From positions 232,194-296,193 of the forward strand of contig JAPLCA010000008.1 of assembly GCA_026392465.1 (NCBI GenBank): DNA of 64,000 nt. Direction: 5' to 3'. Both the position numbers and the translations under genes were made by a program. Under the pieces are notes generated by a model. The model did no database searches. It was not told the DNA's origin and saw only the letters and a program-made list of their open reading frames with translations. Source of the stretch: Propionibacteriales bacterium (GTDB taxonomy: Bacteria; Actinomycetota; Actinomycetes; Propionibacteriales; Nocardioidaceae). The first letter of the stretch is position 1, and each line of letters opens with the position of its first letter. Positions 52,851 to 60,274 of the stretch are shown piece by piece.

Positions 52851-53930
52851 GTTGACTTCAACCGGTTGTTGCAAGTAGCCCCTGGTTGAGGGCTTGGGCT
52901 GGAGTCTTCCATCCGAGGCTCTGGCGTGGGCGGGTGTTCAGACGTAGCGCGATCGCGTCGCACTCGTCCTGGGTGACGTGGCGCAGGTCCGCGCCCTTGG
53001 GCCAGTACTGACGCAGCAGTCCGTTGGTGTTCTCGTTGGATCCGCGCTGCCAGGGTGAGTGGGGGTCGCAGAAGAAGACCGGCATTCCGGTCGCGAGCGT
53101 GAACTCGGCGTGTTGGGCCATCTCTCGGCCCTGGTCCCAGGTCAGGGACTTGCGCAGCTCCAACGGGAGCCTGGCGATGATCCTGGTGAGCTGCTCGCGG
53201 GTGTCGGCCGCGTTGCGGGAGGTGTTCAACGGCGCCAGGAGCACGAACCGCGACGTCCGCTCGACCAGGGTGATGATCTGACCCTTGCCGATCCCACCCA
53301 GCAGCAGGTCGCCCTCCCAATGACCAGGCACCGCCCGGTCATCGGCCTCAGCCGGCCGCGCGGAAATCGGCATCATGCCCTTGAGCTTGCCGATCTTCTC
53401 GCTGCGACCCTTCGTCCCGCGCGCGACCCGACCAGTGCGCAGATGCGCGGTCAGCTCCCTGCGCAGCTCGCCACGGGTCTGCACGAACAGCGACTGATAG
53501 ATCGTCTCGTGACTCACCCGCATCGCCTCATCGTCTGGATACAGACTCGGCAACATCGCCGCGATCTGCTGCGGTGACCAGTCTGCCTCCAACAAGCCCG
53601 TGACCACCGCTGCGAGCTCTCCCACAACCTTGCACGCCTTGGGCCGACGTCCCCGTCGCCTGGCCAACCGCTGCGCCTTCGACGCCCGATACCGGGCAGG
53701 GCGACCGATCAACACCACACCGGCACGCGACGAACGCGGACCACCCCCACGACGCACCTCACGCGAAATCGTCGACGGCGAACGACCCAACACCGCTGCG
53801 ATCTGCCCCTGCGTCAGCCCCGCCTCCAGACCACGCTCGATCACCCACCGCTCACCCTCGACCAACCGAGAACCAGACATCGCCCACCTCCAGTAGTCAC
53901 ATCGTCTTGCAACTACCGGTTGAGACCACC
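52851..53930 (-). mobile_element. IS30-family insertion sequence (about 1080 bp) with imperfect 25-bp inverted repeats and a 3-bp TSD
   Basis: The left inverted repeat (IRL) is gttgacttcaaccggttgttgcaag. The reverse complement of the right repeat (IRR) is ggtggtctcaaccggtagttgcaag, matching at 19 of 25 positions. The element is flanked by direct tcg copies at 52848-52850 and 53931-53933. Confidence 0.85.
52858..53880 (-). CDS. IS30 family transposase
   Basis: 340 aa. N-terminal [27 protein letters not shown] region HWEGDLL…LTWDQGREM…[17 protein letters not shown]. Confidence 0.92.
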   Translation of the reverse strand: MSGSRLVEGERWVIERGLEAGLTQGQIAAVLGRSPSTISREVRRGGGPRSSRAGVVLIGRPARYRASKAQRLARRRGRRPKACKVVGELAAVVTGLLEADWSPQQIAAMLPSLYPDDEAMRVSHETIYQSLFVQTRGELRRELTAHLRTGRVARGTKGRSEKIGKLKGMMPISARPAEADDRAVPGHWEGDLLLGGIGKGQIITLVERTSRFVLLAPLNTSRNAADTREQLTRIIARLPLELRKSLTWDQGREMAQHAEFTLATGMPVFFCDPHSPWQRGSNENTNGLLRQYWPKGADLRHVTQDECDAIALRLNTRPRQSLGWKTPAQALNQGLLATTG

Positions 53931-53933
53931 TCG

Positions 53934-53975
53934 ACTATAGCACTGCTATGTGACGAAACATAGCACTGCTCGATC
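53934..53975. promoter_or_regulatory. Operator-like palindrome pair (candidate TetR-family site for the SDR gene promoter)
   Basis: ctATAGCAcTGCTATg is a perfect 6-1-6 palindrome. A second copy, cATAGCACTGCTc, lies 13 nt downstream. Both sit between the TetR stop and the IS30 right end. Confidence 0.35.
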
Positions 53976-53996
53976 GCGTGACGGGGTGGCCGAGGA

Positions 53997-54698
53997 CTAG
54001 GGGTGCTCGGCGCCGGCCACGCGCGCGAGGAGCTCGCCGAGCATGGCTCGCTCTCCCGGACTGAGGGGGAGTGAGTCGTCGACCAGCGCGGCCGCGAGCG
54101 CGACGGCATGGGCCGCGGTCGAGCGGCCCGCGGGGGCCTCCTCGTCGTGCTCCGCCAGCACGGAGTCGAGGACGGCCTCGCGGACCGCGGCGGAGAGGTG
54201 CGGGTCGCGGTGCTCGGGGTCCTGCCCGATCAGGCTCAGCGTGACGCCGACGTTGGCCGCGAGGATGCGTGTCGCGGCCGTCTGCGCGTCGACGGCGAGC
54301 CGCCCCTGGGCAGCGGCCGGCTCCAGGGTGCGCGTCAGCATCTCGAGGGCGGGGCCGGTGACCGCGCAGGGGACGCCCGGCTCGATGTTGCCGTAGAGGC
54401 GGGCGTAGAACCGTGGGTGGTCGAGCCCGTACTCGACGTGCTGGTCCCAGCCCGCGCGAAGGGCCTCGACCGGGTCCGCCCCGACGTCTGTCGTGGGCGC
54501 GTACTGGGCGAAGCCGTGCCGCGCGACGGCGTCCACGAGGCCCTGCTTGTTGCCGAAGTGGTGGTAGAGCGTGGGTGCCGTGACGTCGGCGACGGCCAGG
54601 ACCTCGCGGGTGGAGAAGTCCTTGCCCTCGGCGAGGAGGTTCGTGGCGGCCAGCAGCAATCGGTCCTTCGAGGACTGTCCGTCTCGAGCGTCTGCCAC
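53997..54698 (-). CDS. TetR/AcrR family transcriptional regulator
   Basis: N-terminal HTH DFSTREVLAVADVTAPTLYHHFGNKQGLV. Helical ligand-binding C-terminus. Confidence 0.9.
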   Translation of the reverse strand: MADARDGQSSKDRLLLAATNLLAEGKDFSTREVLAVADVTAPTLYHHFGNKQGLVDAVARHGFAQYAPTTDVGADPVEALRAGWDQHVEYGLDHPRFYARLYGNIEPGVPCAVTGPALEMLTRTLEPAAAQGRLAVDAQTAATRILAANVGVTLSLIGQDPEHRDPHLSAAVREAVLDSVLAEHDEEAPAGRSTAAHAVALAAALVDDSLPLSPGERAMLGELLARVAGAEHP

Positions 54699-54835
54699 GC
54701 GATCAGCCTAGCGGCCGGGGTGGCGACCCGCGGTCCGCGATGCAAGCGGTACATCCTGTCGTATAGCGGTGATACATTCGGGATGGCGAGGTCGCCGACC
54801 CGGCGACCCGTCATCACCACAGGAAGGGCCAGACC

Positions 54836-55192
54836 ATGGGCACCGACACCACCGCCTTCAGCTCGGACGCGCTCCCCGGCGTCGTCAAGAGCTACCTCGA
54901 GGCGCACGTCGCCGAGGACTACGCGACCGCCGTGACCTACCTCGCCGAGGACGTCACGGTCCTCGACGACGGCAGGACGCTGCACGGCCGCGAGGAGACG
55001 CGCGCGCTCTTCGACGCCACGGCCGAGCAGTTCACCGTCACGACGACGCTGCTCACGCTGTCGCACCGGGTGACCGACGTCTGGGAAGTCGGCACCCACC
55101 TCTCCGGCGACTTCCCGGGCGGTGAGGTCGACCTCCGGATGATCTTCACCCTGGAGGACGACGTGATCCGCCGCCTGGAGATCACCGTGTGA
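54836..55192 (+). CDS. SnoaL-like / NTF2 family protein
   Basis: 118 aa. VKSYLEAHVAEDYATAVTYLAEDVTVLDDG has the typical SnoaL-like N-terminus. It is divergent from the TetR gene. Confidence 0.65.
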   Translation: MGTDTTAFSSDALPGVVKSYLEAHVAEDYATAVTYLAEDVTVLDDGRTLHGREETRALFDATAEQFTVTTTLLTLSHRVTDVWEVGTHLSGDFPGGEVDLRMIFTLEDDVIRRLEITV

Positions 55193-55219
55193 GGCTCGGC
55201 CCGGGATGCCGCCAACGAC

Positions 55220-55247
55220 TCCCAGGAGCTGCAGCCCGCTCCTGGGA
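55220..55247 (+). terminator. Hairpin downstream of the SnoaL-like gene
   Basis: tcccaggagc-tgcagccc-gctcctggga forms a 10-bp perfect stem. There is no T-run. Confidence 0.35.
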
Positions 55248-55276
55248 CTCGGAACAGCCGTGACACGGTGCTGGTT

Positions 55277-55334
55277 TGGCGGAGGAGAGGAGACTCCGTC
55301 GCTCGTCCCGCCCCCGGCTCCTCCTCGAATCCGC
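55277..55334 (-). repeat. tRNA-Ser-derived mini-repeat R1 (older att remnant or pseudo-tRNA fragment)
   Basis: On the minus strand it reads GCGGATTCGAGGAGGAGCC…GGAGTCTCCTCTCCTCCGCCA. It therefore keeps a GGATTCG 5' end and a CTCCTCCGCCA 3' end, but has no D or anticodon arms. It is similar to R2. Confidence 0.5.
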
Positions 55335-55381
55335 TAGCCCAGATCAGCGCCGGAGAACCCCTGGGCACGGTCTGGGCACGA

Positions 55382-55417
55382 AAGAACCCCTCGACATCGC
55401 AATGCCGAGGGGTTCTT
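55382..55417. other. Strong 12-bp hairpin between R1 and R2
   Basis: aagaacccctcg-acatcgcaatgc-cgaggggttctt forms a perfect stem. Confidence 0.5.
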
Positions 55418-55423
55418 GACCTC

Positions 55424-55475
55424 TGCGGAGGATAGGTGACTCCGTCGCTCGTTCCTCGCTCCTCCTCGAATCGCC
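55424..55475 (-). repeat. tRNA-Ser-derived mini-repeat R2 (distal att-like site of the island)
   Basis: The forward sequence tgcggaggataggtgactc… shares gcggaggatagg with the 3' end of tRNA-Ser at 60276-60287. The rest parallels R1 (…gactccgtcgctcgt.cc…gctcctcctcgaatc). Confidence 0.55.
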
Positions 55476-55491
55476 ATGCTCGACCACGCAC

Positions 55492-55526
55492 CACGGCCCC
55501 CCAGCAAAGAACGCTGGGGGGCCGTG
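55492..55526. other. Strong 12-bp GC hairpin immediately upstream of the HTH gene
   Basis: cacggcccccca-gcaaagaacgc-tggggggccgtg forms a perfect stem ending 5 nt before GTG 55531. Confidence 0.5.
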
Positions 55527-55530
55527 GAAC

Positions 55531-55974
55531 GTGGCGGAAGTTGTGCGGGCCAACTCGAAGTTCGCATGGATGCTTCCGAGCCTCAAGAAGGCTCGGGAGA
55601 TGGTGCTAGAAGCGGAGGATCGACAGACCAAGTCTTCGGGCACCCGAGTCCATCGGTTGTCGCAGCGATTGCCAGCGGAGGTCCTGGATGCTGTGGTCGC
55701 GGACTACGAGGGTGGGGGAGTCTCGACGGTCATATTGGGTGAAAGGCACGGAATCTCGGACTCGACGGTGAGGACGTTGCTGCATGGGCGAGGAGTGGCC
55801 ACACCACAGCGGAAGCTCAGTGAAGCTGACGTGGACGAGGTCGTGAGGATGTACGAACAGCAGATGACAATGCAGGCAATGGGTGAGCGGTTCGGGGTGA
55901 ATCGGGTGACGGTGCGTAATGCGCTGAGGCGACGAGGAGTTGAGTTGCGACGGCGGAGCTCGGCTCGATCCTGA
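55531..55974 (+). CDS. Hypothetical protein with two tandem helix-turn-helix motifs
   Basis: Track ORF, with the start uncertain (GTG 55531 or ATG 55570). Two similar ~45-aa units are present: LPAEVLDAVVADYEGGGVSTVILGERHGISDSTVRTLLHGRGV and LSEADVDEVVRMYEQQMTMQAMGERFGVNRVTVRNALRRRGV. Confidence 0.5.
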   Translation: MAEVVRANSKFAWMLPSLKKAREMVLEAEDRQTKSSGTRVHRLSQRLPAEVLDAVVADYEGGGVSTVILGERHGISDSTVRTLLHGRGVATPQRKLSEADVDEVVRMYEQQMTMQAMGERFGVNRVTVRNALRRRGVELRRRSSARS

Positions 55975-56129
55975 CACTTCGCGCACGGGGTGGACGAGGA
56001 ATCACTCCGGTGAACCAAACCCCGCTGTGCGACTCCGCTTGGCGATCGAGGGAAGCCTGGTCGAGTGAAGGCGACCCCCGCGATGCACTCGATGGATCAG
56101 TAGTCCCACTGGGCTCCAGCTGCGCCGGT

Positions 56130-56411
56130 CTAGTACTCCGGAAGCGAAAGCAGATTGTCGTTCCACTCGCCGTTGGCATACGTCCTGATGTATGGGGCTG
56201 AACCAGTTGGGTGCACCGTCCCCACCTCGACGTAGTCGGTAGGGAATGTACCGACTATCGCTCGGTTCGACTCCGATCGATCTAATTAATCGACCGTAGT
56301 CTCTCGGGTGCTGGATCCGGTCGCACCGCTGTCGACATTGCACCATTGGACGTCTGAAATGTGCTCGTGGCGGTGTCCGCCGACCATGTGCCTCGCAATA
56401 ATTTCAATCAT
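56130..56411 (-). pseudogene. DUF3892-like gene interrupted by an in-frame TAA
   Basis: ATG 56411 follows ggagattcgac. It translates as MIEIIARHMVGGHRHEHISDVQWCNVDSGATGSSTRETTVD*LDRSESNRAIVGTFPTDYVEVGTVHPTGSAPYIRTYANGEWNDNLLSLPEY*. The internal TAA lies at 56286-56288, inside the AT-rich gattaattagatc. Confidence 0.6.
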
Positions 56412-56503
56412 GTCGAATCTCCAACCATTCCAACGTAGCTAGGTTGGGAAAGCGGTCACGACGGCCCGATCTGTAAGGCCACCATACATTCTGGAGGTCT
56501 CGG

Positions 56504-57106
56504 CTACAGTTTTCGACCAGTTTTCGAGCTGGCGAACATGACGATACCTGCGACCAGGAAAGTAGCGCTCAGGGACGCGTCCCTGTAGTTAGTCGGATCC
56601 CAGTAGAAGATCCCTAGGAGTCCCTGGTCCGAGACACTGCCGGAGAAGGTGCTAGCAAAAAAGAGGATTGCACCGCTCACGAGATAGATTCGCGTCGAGA
56701 AGATGAACTTCGCGGTCGCGCAGCAAAAATAGGTGAGGGCAAAGTTTCTGCTCGCCAGCAGTGCCGCCGCCGGATCCATTCGCGACACGAGCGGTAAGGC
56801 TAACGCGAATGCGACGCTGCATACGATCGTTGGTCTTGCCGCGGCCGATAGCCGCGTCATCGAGCCCACTCGCGCCCGCATCTCGGCAACGTCGTCTCCC
56901 GACGCGTAGTAGGAGGCAAGCGTTCCCATTGTCAGAGGGACCAGTACCTCGCTCACCACATTCCATCGTGAGTCCTGACCAAAGCTGATCGCCGAGAGAG
57001 ATCCGGATGCCGCGAGAACGTTGGCAAGAAGGGCGCAGCCAGCTCCAGCCGCGTAGACGAGGAGGACGAGCAAGCAGTCAGGGCCGGAGAGGCCTGCTAT
57101 GCGCAT
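56504..57106 (-). CDS. Polytopic membrane protein (second permease-like component of the island ABC module)
   Basis: ATG 57106, or TTG 57115 as in the track. It has about six hydrophobic segments and starts 5 nt after the upstream stop. Confidence 0.55.
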   Translation of the reverse strand: MRIAGLSGPDCLLVLLVYAAGAGCALLANVLAASGSLSAISFGQDSRWNVVSEVLVPLTMGTLASYYASGDDVAEMRARVGSMTRLSAAARPTIVCSVAFALALPLVSRMDPAAALLASRNFALTYFCCATAKFIFSTRIYLVSGAILFFASTFSGSVSDQGLLGIFYWDPTNYRDASLSATFLVAGIVMFASSKTGRKL

Positions 57107-57111
57107 CCGTG

Positions 57112-58362
57112 TCAATTCTCGGCACAGTTCTGCATCGCGCGTCGCGCGGACGCGATCATCTGATCGGTCGACTGGTCCGCCGGCCCGGGCGATGATCCCT
57201 GCTGGACGACATAGTCGTAGAGCGATCGCAAGCGGGAGTCAGTGAAGACTTGCTCTGCAGAGCAGCCGCTAGCCTTGAAGACAAACTCTGCGACGTAGAC
57301 CACTGCCTTCTCGTCACTGCTGGGGGTCTCTAAAAAGTAGGCAGTGGGCCCGGCGTGCCTACCCTCTACCTGCAACCCACGCTGCACGATCATCCGCGGA
57401 ACCATCGACGGGGGAAGCTGCCGTCCGATTCTGGCCTGGGCTCTTTGAAGACGCGCCGCTCCCGTCTTCTCATTCGTGAAGGCACATACGGTGTACTTGT
57501 CCCCGATGCAGGCGAAGTTCCCTGCCTGAGGTCGCTCCACGATGGGGGCACTCACGGCCCCGACCCCCTGGATGCCGAGGGCTAAAACCACTATCGCAAG
57601 CCCAGCGGAGGTAAGAGAGACGATCCTCGATCGGCTGTTGACGAGCAACAGTGCGCCGACGGTGGCAAACATGAAGAGGGCCGCCGAAGCAGCTACTGCC
57701 TCGTGGGCGAACAGCAAATCGGTCGAGACTTGAGCGGACGGCTCAAGAGCTCGAGACGTGATGACAAAGCTGTAGCGTTCGGCGTCTTTCGCGCTGAGTG
57801 AGGACGGCAACGAGATCGCGAGGATGAAGATGATCAAGCCGACCAAGAGCGAGAACACGTACGCTCCCGCTAAAGGCAGCCGTAGCAGTACATCGATTGC
57901 GACTCCGACGAGGTAGCCGACCGATATTCCGAGAAGCGAGAATGCCGGAGGGTCGAGCAGCTGTGCAACGCCAATCTGCGGTTCGCCGACCTGGACAACG
58001 TTGATCACCGTCAACGCGAACGCGAACAGCAACGTCTGGAGCGTGAGTGCCACGTACCCGTGAGCCAACGTTTGCATGTCGCAGACGAATCGCGTGCGCG
58101 TACCTTGCCTCAGGAGGTCTCGCAGCCCCAGCGGCCTGGCACTCACGACCGCGAAGGTACCCATGGCTCCCGCGATCGGCATGAGCAGCTGCGCCGTGGA
58201 GCCGTAAAGAAATTGAGCGTCTCGGGGCGAACTGGTGACGCTCGATACCCGGATGATGAAGTAATAGAGCAGGATGGCGGCCGACAACGCGAGGAAACTC
58301 TTGAGGCTGACCGGGCCACGCAACGTCTTCCAGATGTCAGACCACAAGCGGTTCAAGGACAC
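57112..58362 (-). CDS. Large polytopic membrane protein with a soluble C-terminal domain (permease-like component)
   Basis: GTG 58362 overlaps the ATPase 3' end. Roughly eight TM segments are followed by a ~130-aa Cys-containing hydrophilic tail (…NFACIGDKYTVCAF…KASGCSAEQ…RAMQNCAEN). Confidence 0.6.
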   Translation of the reverse strand: MSLNRLWSDIWKTLRGPVSLKSFLALSAAILLYYFIIRVSSVTSSPRDAQFLYGSTAQLLMPIAGAMGTFAVVSARPLGLRDLLRQGTRTRFVCDMQTLAHGYVALTLQTLLFAFALTVINVVQVGEPQIGVAQLLDPPAFSLLGISVGYLVGVAIDVLLRLPLAGAYVFSLLVGLIIFILAISLPSSLSAKDAERYSFVITSRALEPSAQVSTDLLFAHEAVAASAALFMFATVGALLLVNSRSRIVSLTSAGLAIVVLALGIQGVGAVSAPIVERPQAGNFACIGDKYTVCAFTNEKTGAARLQRAQARIGRQLPPSMVPRMIVQRGLQVEGRHAGPTAYFLETPSSDEKAVVYVAEFVFKASGCSAEQVFTDSRLRSLYDYVVQQGSSPGPADQSTDQMIASARRAMQNCAEN

Positions 58363-59002
58363 CTCCAGCGATGGTCAGCTGGGTGTCAGCGATGTCGGCG
58401 GCGTCGCGCCCGTGATCGGTGAGGAGTATCGATGGAGCGGCATCGGCTGAAGTCAACACCGTCCGCAATAGGTGGGATGTCTCCTGGTCGAGGCCCGCAA
58501 ACGGTTCATCCAAGAGGAGGACTGCCGGCGCGGCGATCATCGCCTGGGCAACCAAAACTCTTCGTTTGAAACCACCCGAGAGCGCACCGATTCGACGGCC
58601 CAGGAACTGGGAGAACTCCAGCTTCTCCGACAGCTCACGCGCCGACGTGGCGGCATCCGTCGGCGAGACTCTCTTGAGCCAACCCGCGTCGCGAACCGTC
58701 CACCGGGAAGGGAGCACCAGCGCCTGGGGAACGTATCCCATGAGCTTGAACGCGGCCGCCCGTGAGCTCCTCTGCTTCATGCTCAGACCGCACACTGCCA
58801 GTTCGTCGAGGCGACGAAGGTGCAGGCCCGAGAGAGCTTCCAGCAAGGTCGACTTCCCCGAGCCATTGGCGCCGCTCAGAAGCGTGATCCCAGCTGCCAA
58901 CTCGAACGTCGGAACCGAGAGCTGGAACCCGCCTCTGCGCCGGATGTGCAGCCCGTCCACGCGAAGCGCACGGGATGCCTCTGTTCTCTGCACAGATGCC
59001 AA
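58337..59002 (-). CDS. ABC transporter ATP-binding protein (LanF-like size, no fused TMD)
   Basis: Walker A GANGSGKST, signature LSGGFKRR, Walker B VLLLDEPFAGLD, H-loop TDH. The start codon is non-ATG: TTG 59002, with GTG 58993 as the alternative. Confidence 0.85.
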   Translation of the reverse strand: MASVQRTEASRALRVDGLHIRRRGGFQLSVPTFELAAGITLLSGANGSGKSTLLEALSGLHLRRLDELAVCGLSMKQRSSRAAAFKLMGYVPQALVLPSRWTVRDAGWLKRVSPTDAATSARELSEKLEFSQFLGRRIGALSGGFKRRVLVAQAMIAAPAVLLLDEPFAGLDQETSHLLRTVLTSADAAPSILLTDHGRDAADIADTQLTIAGGVLEPLVV

Positions 59003-59005
59003 CCC

Positions 59006-59461
59006 TCAGCAGAAGCGCTTCTCGCCGGAGAGTCCCCGGCTTCCGTCCACCACTCCGTTGTTGTAGTTGACCTGGTAGTAGGAGACGCTCTTGAACTTCC
59101 AGTGGTCCGGCAGGTCGGAGCAGTACTCGAGGTTCTCCTTGTACCGGTTCGCTCCTCGCGCCGCCCAGGTCGAGTAGCTGCTGTAGGAGCCCGAGACCGT
59201 TGGCCAGTCGTTCGGGATCGGTCCCCAGTTGATGTCTTCCTTGGCGAGTCCGACCTTCACTCGCCACGTGTCGACGTCCTCGCCACTGCACTTGCCGTTG
59301 ACGTCGTAGTGGACGTACGACCCGTTGCCTGAGGGGTCGTTGGCCTTGCGGCAGATGCCAACTGCCGCGTTCGCGGATGAGACGACCGAGCCCGCGGTCA
59401 GGATGAGACACACTGCTGCCACGATTGCGCCCGCTGTCGACTTTGTCTTGATGTCCATCAT
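59006..59461 (-). CDS. Orphan secreted 4-Cys protein (151 aa precursor)
   Basis: aggag precedes the ATGATG start. The signal peptide is KSTAGAIVAAVCLILTAGSVVSSANA, followed by AVG. The mature part is rich in W/Y/N/G, with Cys in ICRK, GKCSG and EYCSD plus the C-terminal RFC. No family recognised. Confidence 0.6.
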   Translation of the reverse strand: MMDIKTKSTAGAIVAAVCLILTAGSVVSSANAAVGICRKANDPSGNGSYVHYDVNGKCSGEDVDTWRVKVGLAKEDINWGPIPNDWPTVSGSYSSYSTWAARGANRYKENLEYCSDLPDHWKFKSVSYYQVNYNNGVVDGSRGLSGEKRFC

Positions 59462-59569
59462 CTCCTGAGTTGTTGATGGTTCTGCAAAAACTGCGTAGGC
59501 TTCTGAATACGGTCAGTCCGGAACTCCTCCCGACGCGCCGCGGTACAGAGTCGCGAGGGAAGCGAGAGG

Positions 59570-59845
59570 TTGACCATGGCGTCCGTCCCACATCGCTGCG
59601 AGGAGTGCGGGTCAGAGGTGCGCAGCGGATCTGAAGCCCGACCGGGAAGCACTGTGGAGTCGGACGAGCATGACTCCTCCGATTTCTGCCTCAACCCGGA
59701 CTGTCCGTCGAACTACGCATTCCGTGGATTCCACCGGACTGGCGTCGCTGAGTACCTCTGCCTTGAATGCGGGGCCACCGTGCATCCACCGCCGGCGGAC
59801 TTGGCCAAGCATCGACGCAGCCATGGGGAGCCATCGTTGATTTAG
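59570..59845 (+). CDS. Hypothetical small zinc-ribbon-like protein
   Basis: Track ORF of 91 aa. Cys pairs CEEC and CLEC plus CLNPDC. It is divergent from the secreted-protein operon. Coding status is uncertain. Confidence 0.35.
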   Translation: MTMASVPHRCEECGSEVRSGSEARPGSTVESDEHDSSDFCLNPDCPSNYAFRGFHRTGVAEYLCLECGATVHPPPADLAKHRRSHGEPSLI

Positions 59846-59943
59846 GTGCGCGGCTCGTCGGACGGACCTTCTCGTGTTTCGTCGCGAGCGTGCGCGCTGC
59901 CTCGATCCGACACCTTGAGCGAACGGGACTGGCTCTGGCGTGG

Positions 59944-60274
59944 ATGGCGACGACGAAGGAACTGTCCATAGGGGCAGACGTCATGCGGTGGGCGATCGAG
60001 CTACTCACAGACATCAGCGGTGCCTATGCCAAGGTGCCGGACAACGTGAGAGGAACGCTGAACCGCACACTGTTCGAGCGCGTCTACCTGGATGAGTTCG
60101 GCGAGGTGGCGTCGAGCGACGTTCAGGCACCATTCCGAGGGTTGGTCGAGGATGAGCCCGGAGGCAACGACAAACGCCCCGATCTGAAGATCGAGGCGTC
60201 CGACGTTGTTGGCTTGACCGACTTACTCGCCCGACCCGAGGTGAATCCTCGGTCGGGTTCGAGTAAGGCCGTCA
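59944..60274 (+). pseudogene. Remnant of a recombinase C-terminus (serine-recombinase-family-like tail), truncated and running into the tRNA
   Basis: …AIELLTDISGAYAKVPDNVRGTLNRTLFERVYLDEFGEVASSDVQAPFRGLV… resembles, from memory, the conserved C-terminal tail (…NQAFFEKIYVDD…PF..L) of actinobacterial recombinase-family proteins. No catalytic N-terminal domain lies upstream. The frame has no stop before the tRNA. Confidence 0.35.

Larger units (their letters stand above)
55424..60274. mobile_element. Degraded integrative island at the 3' end of tRNA-Ser(GGA)
   Basis: The region is visibly more A/T-rich than its flanks. It is bounded by the tRNA 3' end and a 12-nt direct copy of that end (R2). 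It contains a recombinase remnant next to the tRNA, a pseudogene and orphan genes. Confidence 0.6.

Noticed and set aside
55277-55475. R1 and R2 as functional tRNA genes.
   Set aside because: Each is only ~52-58 nt long. Each keeps acceptor-stem-like ends but has no D arm, no anticodon arm and no intact T-loop (GTTCGAATC is missing). They are better explained as att remnants or deletion derivatives.
59006-59461. Assigning the secreted protein to the lactococcin-972 family, the beta/gamma-crystallin killer-toxin-like family, or the I36 inhibitor family.
   Set aside because: I could not find the characteristic motifs by eye: no GxW..G plus His-rich pattern, and no clear Greek-key Y/FxxxxY/FxG…S pairs. 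Naming a family would be guesswork without a profile or structure search.
59462-59845. The zinc-ribbon ORF as a regulator of the secreted-protein operon.
   Set aside because: It is divergent and has Cys pairs, but it has no recognisable DNA-binding domain and its coding status is uncertain. I list it only as a low-confidence CDS.
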